Program-made: the position numbers and the translations under genes
Part shown: positions 33,001 through 45,000 of the stretch, one piece after another
Layout: each line of letters begins with the position of its first letter
Numbering within the stretch: the stretch's first letter is position 1
The notes under the pieces: model-generated
Database searches by the model: none
Seen by the model: the letters and a program-made list of their open reading frames with translations, nothing else
What the model was told of the DNA's origin: nothing
NCBI GenBank assembly: GCA_963771175.1
Contig: CAVYSY010000035.1
Span: 35,482 to 99,481, forward strand
DNA length: 64,000 nucleotides
Direction of reading: 5' to 3'
Origin: an uncultured delta proteobacterium
GTDB taxonomy: Bacteria > Myxococcota > Myxococcia > Myxococcales > Myxococcaceae

Positions 33001-36000
33001 TCCCGGACGGCAGCGGCACCGGTGACACCGGAGTGGGTGGCGCTGCAAGCGAAGGCGCGGGTGGAGAGCCTGTCGTGCGACGTGTCAAGGCTGGAGAGCG
33101 TGCGCGGGGCGAGGCAGTGGCTGGAGGAAGCAGGCTGGCCCGTGGTGGGAGGAGTGGTGCACGCGGCGGGAGTGTTGAGCGACGGCACCATCCCGAACCA
33201 GTCGGCGGAGAAGCTAAGGCTGGCCTACGGGGCGAAGGTGCACGGCGCGAGGAACCTGAGGGAGGTGTTCGCACCGCCGGACTTCCTGGTGCTGTTCTCC
33301 TCGACGGCCGCGGCCTTTGGTTCGGCGGCCCAGGGTAGCTACGCGGCGGCGAACGCGACGCTGGATGCGCTGGCGCGGAAGTGGTCGGCGGCGGGAGAGG
33401 CGGTGCTGTCGGTGCAGTGGGGCGCGTGGTCCGACGGCGGCATGGCGGCGCGACACGACGCGTTCAAGCGGTCGGAAGCCGAGGGCCTGGGAAGCATCAG
33501 TGACGCGCTGGGAACGGCGGTGCTCGAGAAGCTGCTGGCGGCAGGCAAGCGGGGAACGGTCTGCGTCTCGCCCATCGACTGGAGCCGGCTGACCCTCGAG
33601 AGCCCTCGGTTCGAATTGCTCGCAGGGCCGGGGGGCTCGACGAAGCGCCAGAGCTGGAGCCGCCTGGCGCTGCAGCAGTTGGTGCGGGACTGCGTCCTCC
33701 AGTTCATTCCTTCCAGCGCGGTGGAGGTCAACCGCTCGTTCATGGAGGCGGGCTTCTCCTCGCTGGATCTGGTGCAGTTCCGTAGGCAGTTGCTCGCGCG
33801 GCTGCCGGACTCGGTCGAGCTTCCGGTCCACTTCGCCTTCAACTACCCCACCGAGGAGGACGTCACCAACCACCTGTTCGAACAGCTCCAGGTCAAGGCC
33901 GAGCCAGCTCCTGGCGCGAGTGGCATGTGGACGCTGCTGAACGGCCGGACCCAGGGAACGCCGCTCTTCCTCGTCGGCGGCGTGATGGGCACTGTGGAGA
34001 AGACCTTCGGGGCCCTGGCCGCGGCACTGCCGGTGCCGGTCTATGCCGCCATGCCGGGCATCCCCGCGGTCATCGACCCCGCCCAGACGAACCTGGAGGG
34101 GCTCGCGGCGGAGCTGCGCGCGTCCATGGAGAGCACCGCCGCGTGTGATGCGTACACAGTCGGAGGCCTGTCCTTCGGCGCGGCGGTCGCATTCGGAATG
34201 GGCTTGCAGCTGGAGCGCGAAGGCAGGCTGGCCCGGATCGTGATGCTGGATCCCCGGCACATGCCGCCGTTCGTGGCGCCGGAGGCCCCGGCGCCCTTCG
34301 AAACGCTGCTGGAGCACTACACCCCGTCCGGCATGGTCCGGTCGCCCGTGCTCGTGTTCCAGAGCGCGATTCCGCCGCTCGAGCGCCAGTCGGGAGATGA
34401 TGCGCGAAGCGTCGCGCTCCTTCCAGGACGACACCGCCGTCCTGGAGCGCTGCCGCGCGATGTGCCCGTCCATGGAAGTCATCCGGAGCGACGGGCACCA
34501 CTTCAACCTGCTCAACAAGCACTACGAGCCGATCGCCGCACGCATCGAGCACGACCTCACCGCGCCGCCCGCGGAGGAGGGAGTGGCGGAGGCGATCGCC
34601 ATCGTGGGCCGGGCGTGCCGCCTGCCCGGCAACGTCCGGTCTCCCGACGAGCTGTGGAAGATGCTGCTGGCGGGAACCGACTGCGTGACCGACATCCCGG
34701 CGTCGCGCTTCGATATCGACGAGGTGTTCGATGCGAACCCCGATGTGGCGGGCCGCAGCTACACCCGGCGTGGCGCCTTCATGAACGAAGTCGAGAGCTT
34801 CGACCACGACTTCTTCGGCATCTCGGTGGCGGAAGCCCGCGCCATGGATCCGCAGCAGCGCCTGCTGCTGGAGGTTGCCTACGAGGCGTTCCATGACGCG
34901 GGTTACGACAAGAAGCGCCTGCGGGGCTCGCCGACGAGTGTTCACATCGGTCTGGCCAACGACGACTGGACCACGATGGGCCGCGACCACGAGGCCCACA
35001 GCCCACACTTCGGCGCGGGCGTCTCCGGGTCGATCGCTTCCAATCGCATCTCCTACCTGCTGGGGCTCACCGGACCGAGCATGACGTTGGACACCGCCTG
35101 TTCGTCGTCGCTGGTGGCGGTGGACCTGGCGGTGGAGAAGCTGCGCAGCCGCATCTGTTCCATGGCGCTGGTCGGTGGCGTCAACGTGATGTTGCACCAC
35201 CGAATGTTCGTGAGCGCGTGCGCGACCAAGGCCCTGTCCCCCGCGGGGCGCTGCGCGACCTTCGACGCGTCGGCGGATGGCTACTGCCGGGGCGAGGGCG
35301 TGGGCGCGGTAGTCCTCAAGCGCCTCAGCGACGCACTGGCGGACGGCGACGAGGTGCTGGCGGTGATTCGCGGCACCGCGGTGAACCAGGACGGCCGAAG
35401 CGCTTCGCTGACGGCGCCCAATGGGCTGGCGCAGGAGGCCGTCATCCGGCAGGCGCTGGGCGTCGCGGGCCTGGAGGGACGGGAGGTCGACTACGTCGAA
35501 TGCCATGGCACCGGTACATCGCTGGGCGATCCGATTGAAGTCGGAGCGCTCAAGAACGTGCTGGGGGAGCGGCGTGAGAAGCCCGTGGTGCTGGGCGCCA
35601 TCAAGAGCAACATCGGGCACCTGGAAGGGGCCGCCGGGGTGGTGGGGCTCATCAAGGCGGTGGAGGTGCTGCGCCGCCGTGAAGCGCCCGGCAACGTGCA
35701 CTTCAAGACGCTGAACCCGAAGATCGATCTGTCGGGATTCGCGGCCGTCATTCCGACGGGAGCGACTGCGTTGGGCGGGAAGGAGGACGCGCGTCCGCTC
35801 GTCGCAGGGGTTTCGTCGTTCGGCTTCGGTGGGACCAATGCCCACGTGGTGCTGGAGTCCTACGAGAAGGCCAGCGCCGGCGCGGTCGTGGAGACCCGGC
35901 CGCGCATGGAGTACGCGCCGCGGTTCCTGCCCTGGCGGCGTGTGCCGCATCCGTTCCTGAGCCGCAAGGACGAGACCGGCTTCGTGGCGGTGCTGGCGGG

Positions 36001-39000
36001 AGAGCAGGCGGAGCGGTGGAAGGACCACCGCATCGCCGAACAGGTGCTGGTGCCCGCAGCGAGTCACCTGACGATGCTGGGCGGCGCGGCGCTGTTGAAG
36101 CAGGGCCGCGATGCCGTCAAGGCGATGGGCGTGGAGGTCCAGGACGTGGTGATGCCGCGTCCGCTGGTGGTGGGGAGCGGGGGCAGCGTGGTCCGCTGTG
36201 TCGCCAACGGCCCACAGTGGAGCGTGCAGGAGGAGCGCAACGGGAGCAGTGAATTCGTGGCGAGCTGCCGGGCCACGCGGATCCTGGGCAGTGCGGATGT
36301 GGCGCGCAGCGACGTGGAGGTCGAAGCCGTGCGCGGCCGCTGTGTCCCGGCGGACGTGGATGCGCTGTACGGCCTGCTGTCCCGCCAGGGCGTGCAGTTC
36401 GGACGTGGCTACCGCAACCTGACGGAGCTGTCCCTGGGCGAAGAGGAGGCCATCGCGCGGGTCGAGGTGGAGCAGGCGTCCGTGGTGGACCGGGGCCTGA
36501 CGCTGGTGCACCCGGCGACGCTGGACGCGGGCATTCAGTTGCTCGGGCTGTGGGGGATGAAGACCTGCGGCGTCTGCCTGCCGTTCAACGTGCAGAGCGC
36601 GCGACTGTTCTCGGTGGAGGAGCAGCCGCGAAAGCTGTGGGCGTACGCGAGGGTGAGCGCGAGCAGTGCCAGGAGCGTGGAAGGAACGGTGACGCTCTTT
36701 GGCGACGATGGAGAAGTGTATGCGGTGCTCGAAGGACTGACCTGCCGACAGGCGAGCGTGGACACGCGCGTCCAGGAGAGTGTCTTCGAGACGGAGTGGA
36801 TGGCGGTGGCATCGGCACCGGGTCCGCTCGTCGCACAGGGTGGCGCACACCTGCTGCTGTCGCGGGAAGTGGTGGAGGGAGCGCTGCCCGAGGGCTGGCA
36901 GGTGGTGGTGGCGAAGGAGGAGGAGCAGCTGCTGGCCGAGGTCTCACGCCAGCGGTGGATGACGGTGGCGCTCTGGGGGAGCAACACCGAGGAGGACGTG
37001 GAGCTGGGCTTGCGGCTGCTGCAGACGGCACAGGCCGACCGGCTGGTGTTCGTGACGAAGGCGGAGAGCGACGGAGACGCGGGCTTGTGGGGCCTGGCGC
37101 GGACGATGCGGCTGGAGAGGCCGGACCTGCGGGTGCGCTGCATTGAAAGGGCGGCGGGAGCGTTGGCGAAGGTCCTCACGCTGGCGACGAGCGCCGAGGC
37201 GGAAGACGAGCTGTCGGTGGATGAGGCCGGGACGGTAAGAGTCCCCCGGCTGCGCCGCTGCGCGGACGTGGGAGGCACCGAGAAGCTGGCGGTGCGCCCG
37301 GACGCCACGTACGTCATCAGCGGGGGCCAGGGTGCACTGGGGAAGGTGGCGGCCCGGCTGCTGGTGGAGCGAGGAGCCACGCACGTCCTGCTCCTGTCCC
37401 GGACGGCAGCGGCACCGGTGACACCGGAGTGGGTGGCGCTGCAAGCGAAGGCGCGGGTGGAGAGCCTGTCGTGCGACGTGTCAAGGCTGGAGAGCGTGCG
37501 CGGGGCGAGGCAGTGGCTGGAGGAAGCAGGCTGGCCCGTGGTGGGAGGAGTGGTGCACGCGGCGGGAGTGTTGAGCGACGGCACCATCCCGAACCAGTCG
37601 GCGGAGAAGCTAAGGCTGGCCTACGGGGCGAAGGTGCACGGCGCGAGGAACCTGAGGGAGGTGTTCGCACCGCCGGACTTCCTGGTGCTGTTCTCCTCTG
37701 CGGCGGCGGTCTTCGGTTCCTCGGGGCAGGGCAGCTACGCGGCGGCGAACGCGACGCTGGACGCGCTGGCGCGGAAGTGGTCGGCGGCGGGAGAGGCGGT
37801 GCTGTCGGTGCAGTGGGGTGCGTGGTCCGACGGCGGCATGGCGGCGCGGCACGACGCGTTCAAGCGAGCCGAGGCAGGTGGCTTCGGGAGCATCAGCGAC
37901 GCGTTGGGAATGGCGGCACTCGAGGAGTTGCTGGCGGCAGGCAAGCGGGGAACGGTCTGCGTCTCCCCGATTGACTGGAGCCGGCTCCAGCTGGAGCAGC
38001 CGCTCATCTCCCGCTTCCGCCCCAAGCGAAGCGAGAGCAAGGCGCAGCGGCGTACGGAGTCGAAGGGCGGCCCCACGGTGGCGGAGCTGGCCGCGCTGGT
38101 GCGTCGGGCGGCGGCCGAGTCGATGGGCCTGCCCGCGGGCGGCCAGGTCATCGACGACGAGCCGCTGATGGCGCAGGGGCTGGACTCGTTGGGCGCGGTC
38201 GGTCTGGCGCAGATACTCAGCCGGGAGCTGGGCCTGACGTTGGGCGCGGTGTTCGTGCTGAATCATCCGACGCTCGAGGACATGGCGGCGGCGCTCGCGG
38301 CTCGCCTCGAAAACACGACGCCGAGCGCGCCACAGCCTCGCCCGCGAGTGCAGCGCTCCGAGGAGCCCATCGCCATCGTGGGAACGGCGTGCCGGCTGCC
38401 CGGCAATGTCCGCTCGCCGGACGAGATGTGGGAGATGCTGCTGGAGGGGCGGGATTGCGTGACGGAGATTCCCTCGTCGCGCTTCGACATCGACGCGGTG
38501 TACGACGCCAACCAGGACGTCGCGGGCTGCAGCTACACGCGGCGCGGGGCCTTCATGACCGGGGTCGAGAGCTTCGACCTCGACTTCTTCGGCATCCCCG
38601 TCGCGGAGGCCCGGGCCATGGACCCGCATCAGCGACTGTTGCTCGAGGTGGCCTACGAGGCGTTCCACGATGCCGGCTATGACAGGAAGCGCCTGCGCGG
38701 CTCCTCCACCGGTGTCTTCGTCGGCGTCGCCAACCAGGATTGGATGATCGTCTCCGGGGAGAGCGAGGCGAAGAATCCCTACTTCGGCGCTGGCGTTTCC
38801 TCTTCCATCACGTCCAACCGCATCTCCTACCTGCTCGGGCTCACCGGACCGAGCATGACGCTGGACACGGCCTGCTCGTCATCGCTGGTGGCGGTGGACC
38901 TGGCGGTGGAGAAGCTGCGCAGTGGTGTGTGCTCGACGGCGCTCGTGGGTGGCGTCAACGTCATGCTGCACCACCGCACCTTCGTCGGCTGCTGCGCCGC

Positions 39001-42000
39001 CAAGATGCTGTCCGTGGAGGGCCGCTGCGCGACCTTCGACGCGTCGGCGGACGGCTACTGCCGCGGAGAAGGCGTGGGCGCGGTGGTGCTCAAGCGCCTC
39101 GGCGACGCGCTGGCGGATGGTGACGAGGTGCTGGCGGTGATTCGCGGCACCGCGGTCAACCAGGACGGCCGCAGCACGTCACTGACCGCGCCGAATGGTC
39201 TGGCGCAGGAGGCGGTCATCCGGCAGGCGCTGGACGTCGCGGGTCTGGAAGGGCGGGAGGTCGACTACGTCGAATGCCACGGCACCGGCACGTCGCTGGG
39301 CGACCCGATTGAAGTCGAGGCACTCAAGAATGTGCTGGGAGAACGGCGCGACAAGCCCGTGGTGCTGGGCGCCATCAAGAGCAACATCGGCCACCTCGAA
39401 GGGGCCGCCGGAGTGGCGGGGCTCATCAAGGCGGTGGAGGTCCTGCGCCGCCGCGAGGCGCCGGGCAACGTCCACTTCAAGGCGCTGAATCCGAAGATTG
39501 ACCTGGCGGGGTTCGCCGCGGTCATCCCGACCGCGCCGGTGCCGTTGGGGCGGAAGGGGGACTCGCGGCCGCTCGTCGCGGGGGTCTCGTCGTTCGGCTT
39601 CGGTGGGACCAACGCCCATGTGGTGCTGGAGTCCTACGCGCATGCTGGAGCCGGCGCGGTGGCCGAGCGCCGGGCGCGCATGCAGTACGCGCCTCGATTC
39701 CTGCCGTGGCGGCGGTTGCCGCATCCGCTCCTGAGCCGCGAGGACGAGACCGGGTTCGTGGCGGCGCTGAGCGGAGAGCAGGCGGAGCGCTGGAAGGACC
39801 ACCGCATCGCCGAGCAGGTGCTGGTGCCCGCCGCGAGTCACCTGACGATGCTGGGCGGTGCGGTGCTGCTGAAGCAGGGCATCGACGGCATCAAGGCCCC
39901 TGGCGTCGAAGTCGAGGACGTCGTCATGCCGCGTCCGCTGGTGGTGGGGAGCGGGGGCAGCGTGGTGCGCTGTGTCGCCAACGGCACCCAGTGGAGCGTG
40001 GAAGGCGAGCGGGACGGCCTCGAGGAAGTGGTGGCGAGCTGTCGATCCGCTCGGGTCCTGAGCAGTGTCGACCTGATGAGCAGCGACGTGGAGGTCGAAG
40101 CGGTGCGTGGCCGCTGCCCTCCGATGGACGTGGAGGCGCTGTACGAGACGATGTCGCATCTTGGGGCCCGGTTCGGGCCCGGCTACCGCAATCTGAAGAC
40201 GCTGCATCTGGGGGAGGAAGAGGCAATCGCCCGGGTCGAGGTGGAGCATGCGTCCGTGGTGGACCGGGGCCTGACGTTGCTGCATCCGGCGACGCTGGAT
40301 GCCGGCATCCAGCTCCTCGGGCTGTGCGGGATGAAGACTTGCGGAGTCTGTGTCCCGTTCAACGTGCAGAGCGCGCGACTCTTCTCGGTGGAGGAGCAGC
40401 CCCGAGGACTGTGGGCATACGCGAGGGTGACCGAGCGCAGCGCCAGGAGCGTGGAAGGAACAGTGACGCTCTTTGGCGACGATGGAGAAGTGTACGCGGT
40501 GCTCGAAGGGCTGACCTGCCGACAGGCGAGCGTGGACACGCGCGTCCAGGAGAGTGTCTTCGAGACGGAGTGGATGGCGGTGGCATCGGCACCGGGTCCG
40601 CTCGTCGCACAGGGTGGCGCACACCTGCTGCTGTCGAGGGAAGTGGTGGAGGGAGCGCTGCCCGAGGGCTGGCAGGCGGTGGTGGCGAAGGAGGAGGAGC
40701 AGCTGCTGGCCGAGGTCTCACGCCAGCGGTGGACGACGGTGGCGCTCTGGGGAAGCAACACCGAGGAGGACGTGGAGCTGGGCTTGCGGCTGCTGCAGAC
40801 GGCACAGGCCGACCGGCTGGTGTTCGTGACGAAGGCGGAGAGCGACGGAGACGCGGGACTGTGGGGCCTGGCGCGGACGATGCGGCTGGAGAGGCCGGAC
40901 CTGCGGGTGCGCTGCATTGAAAGGGCGGCGGGAGCGTTGGCGAAGGTCCTCACGCTGGCGACGAGCGCCGAGGCGGAAGACGAGCTGTCGGTGGATGAGG
41001 CCGGGACGGTACGAGTCCCCCGGCTGCGCCGCTGCGCGGACGTGGGAGGCACCGAGAAGCTGGCGGTGCGCCCGGACGCCACGTACGTCATCAGCGGGGG
41101 CCAGGGTGCGCTGGGGAAGGTGGCGGCCCGGCTGCTGGTGGAGCGAGGAGCCACGCACGTCCTGCTCCTGTCCCGGACGGCAGCGGCACCGGTGACACCG
41201 GAGTGGGTGGCGCTGCAAGCGAAGGCGCGGGTGGAGAGCCTGTCGTGCGACGTGTCAAGGCTGGAGAGCGTGCGCGGGGCGAGGCAGTGGCTGGAGGAAG
41301 CAGGCTGGCCCGTGGTGGGAGGAGTGGTGCACGCGGCGGGGGTGTTGAGCGACGGAACCATCCCGAACCAGTCGGCGGAGAAGCTAAGGCTGGCCTACGG
41401 GGCGAAGGTGCACGGCGCGAGGAACCTGAGGGAGGTGTTCGCACCGCCGGACTTCCTGGTGCTGTTCTCCTCTGCGGCGGCGGTCTTCGGTTCCTCGGGG
41501 CAGGGCAGCTACGCGGCGGCGAACGCGACGCTGGACGCGCTGGCGCGGAAGTGGTCGGCGGCGGGAGAGGCGGTGCTGTCGGTGCAGTGGGGTGCGTGGT
41601 CCGACGGCGGCATGGCGGCGCGGCACGACGCGTTCAAGCGAGCCGAGGCAGGTGGCTTCGGGAGCATCAGCGACGCGTTGGGAATGGCGGCACTCGAAGA
41701 GTTGCTGGCGGCAGGCAAGCGGGGAACGGTCTGCGTCTCCCCGATTGACTGGAGCCGGCTCCAGCTGGAGCAGCCGCTCATCTCCCGCTTCCGGCCCAAG
41801 CGAAGCGAGAGCAAGGCGCAGCGGCGTACGGAGTCGAAGGGCGGCCCCACGGTGGCGGAGCTGGCCGCGCTGGTGCGTCGGGCGGCGGCCGAGTCGATGG
41901 GCCTGCCCGCGGGCGGCCAGGTCATCGACGACGAGCCGCTGATGGCGCAGGGGCTGGACTCGTTGGGCGCGGTCGGCCTGGCGCAGATACTCAGCCGGGA

Positions 42001-45000
42001 GCTGGGCCTGACGTTGGGCGCGGTGTTCGTGCTGAATCACCCGACGGTAACGGAGTTGGCCACGGCGCTCGCGGCTCGTCTCGAGAGCGCGACGCCGAGC
42101 ACGCCTTCGCCCGCCCCACGGACGCAGCGGCAACCGCGGCGCTCCGAGGAGCCCATCGCCATCGTGTCCCGGGCGTGCCGGTTGCCGGGCGACGTCCTGT
42201 CGCCGGACGAGATGTGGGAGATGTTGCTGGCGGGCCGGGACTGCGTGACGGAGGTCCCCGCCTCGCGCTTCGACATCGACGAGGTCTACGACCCCAACCA
42301 GAACGTGGTGGGCCGCAGCTACACGCGGCACGGCGCCTTCATGAACGAGGTCGAGAGCTTCGACCACGACTTCTTCGGCATCCCGGTCGCGGAAGCCAGG
42401 GCCATGGATCCGCAGCAGCGCCTGCTGTTGGAGGTCGCCTACGAGGCCTTCCACGCCGCGGGCTACGACAAGGCGAGCCTGCGCTCGTCGCGCATCGGCG
42501 TGTTCGTGGGGCAGATGAACCACGACTGGGCGCACATGAACGCGGAGGACCAGCTCTCGGATCCGTTCTTTGGCGCAGGCTCCTCGGCGTCCATCACGTC
42601 CAACCGCATCTCCTACCTGCTGGGGCTCACCGGACCGAGCATGACGCTGGACACCGCCTGTTCGTCGTCGCTGGTGGCGGTGGACCTGGCGGTGGAGAAG
42701 CTGCGCAGCGGCGTGTGTTCCGCGGCGCTCGTGGGCGGCGTCAACGTCATGCTGCACCACCGCACCTTCGTCGGCTGCTGCTCCGCGAAGATGCTGTCCG
42801 CCAAGGGGCGCTGCGCGACCTTCGATGCGTCCGCGGACGGCTACTGCCGGGGCGAGGGCGTGGGCGCGGTGGTCCTCAAGCGCCTCGGCGATGCCCTGGC
42901 GAACGGTGATGAGGTGCTGGCGGTGATCCGCGGCACCGCGGTCAATCAGGACGGCCGCAGCGCTTCGCTGACGGCGCCCAACGGGCTGGCGCAGGAGGCG
43001 GTCATCCGGCAGGCGCTGGAGGTCGCCGGCCTGGAAGGCCACGAAGTGGACTACGTCGAATGCCACGGCACCGGCACCTCGCTGGGCGACCCGATTGAAG
43101 TCGAGGCGCTCAAGAACGTGCTGGGTGCGCGGCGTGACAAGCCCGTGGTGCTGGGCGCGGTGAAGAGCAACATCGGGCACTTGGAGGGCGCCGCAGGTGT
43201 GGTGGGGCTCATCAAGGCGGTGGAGGTGCTGCGCCGTCGCAAGGCGCCCGGCAACGTCCATTTCAAGACGCTGAACCCCAAGATCGATCTGGCGGGCTTC
43301 GCCGCCATCATTCCGACCCAGCCGACTGCGTTGGGGCGGAAGGGGGAGAAGCGGCCGCTCGTCGCCGGGGTCTCGTCGTTCGGCTTCGGCGGCACCAACG
43401 CTCACGTCGTACTCGAATCCTGGGATGCGCCTGCGTCAGGCAAGGCGATCCCCTCTGCTACGGAAGTCGGGGGCTGGGAATGACAGTGCTATGGATGTTC
43501 ACCGGACAGGGCTCGCTGGTGCCAGGGGCGGCGAAGGGGCTTTACGAGGCGAATGCCGTCTTCCGGGACGCGCTGGACCGGTACGCGGCGGTGCTGGAGT
43601 CGAAGGTGGAGGTGCGGCTGCTGAAGCTGCTGCTCTCCGAGGAGAAGGACGTCGCGGAGTTGGTGCAGGAGACCCAGTACGCGCAGCCGGCAATCGTGGC
43701 GCTGCAACTGGCGCAGGTGGCCATGTGGCAGGCGCGAGGAATGAGCCCGGAGGCGGTGGTGGGCCACTCGGTGGGCGAGTTCGCGGCGGCGGTGGTCGCG
43801 GGGGTGATGACCGAGGAGGAGGCGCTGGAGCTGGCCGCGCTGAGGGGACGGCTGATGTCGCAGTGCCCGCGAGGAGGCATGGCGGCGGTGAGGGCGCCGG
43901 CGGAGCAGGTCAAGCCGCTGCTGCCGGGCGAGCTGGTGGTGGCAGCGGAGAACGAGCGGGCGATGACGGTGGTGGCGGGGCCGAAGGAGGCCCTGCAAAG
44001 GTTCGTCACGGAATCGCTCGGAGTGGCGCACACGATGCTGGCGGTGTCGCATGCGTTCCATTCACCGATGATGGAACCGGCGGCGGCTGAGTTCCGGCGG
44101 AGCTTGGAAGGGAAGACGTTCCAGGAACCGCGGGGCGTGCGGTTCATCTCGACGCTGACGGGCGGGGTGGAGACGGCGCGGCTGAAGACGGCGGAGTACT
44201 GGGCCGAGCAGATGGTGCAGCCGGTGCGCTTCCTGCGAGCGGTGGAGACAGCGTGGGCGGAGGGGGCGGCGAAGACGGTCGTGGAGCTGGGGCCGGGGTC
44301 GACGCTGCTCAAGCTGGCACAGCGGATCGTGGGGGAGGCGGGGCCGCAATGGGTCGCGTCGAGCCATGCGCTCCGATGGGGCCGCGGCCCTGGACTGTTC
44401 CGGCACGTGCCGCTGGGGTGGACCAAGCCTGGGGCGAATCCACGGGCCGCCAAGGCCGCGCCCGCGGAGCAGGCAACGCCCGCCACCAGCGTGTACGAGA
44501 CGGTGTGGGCCGCGTCCCCACCGGTCGCCACGCGAACGACGACCCACGGTGAACACCTGCTGCTGTCGAGGGAAGTGGTGGAGGGAGCGCTGCCCGAGGG
44601 CTGGCGGTCGGTGGTGGCGAAGGAGGAGGAGCAGCTGCTGGCCGAGGTCTCACGCCAGCGGTGGACGACGGTGGCGCTCTGGGGAAGCAACACCGAGGAG
44701 GACGTGGAGTTGGGCCTGCGGCTGCTGCAGACGGCACAGGCCGACCGGCTGGTGTTCGTGACGAAGGCGGAGAGCGACGGAGACGCGGGACTGTGGGGCC
44801 TGGCGCGGACGATGCGGCTGGAGAGGCCGGACCTGCGGGTGCGCTGCATTGAAAGGGCGGCGGGAGCGTTGGCGAAGGTCCTCACGCTGGCGACGAGCGC
44901 CGAGGCGGAAGACGAGCTGTCGGTGGATGAGGCCGGGACGGTAAGAGTCCCCCGGCTGCGCCGCTGCGCGGACGTGGGAGGCACCGAGAAGCTGGCGGTG

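Larger units (their letters stand above)
31393..44400 (+). repeat. Two near-identical ~0.9 kb AT cassettes (about 31393-32290 and 43499-44400)
   Basis: Offset 12106 nt; nearly identical DNA. Confidence 0.9.
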
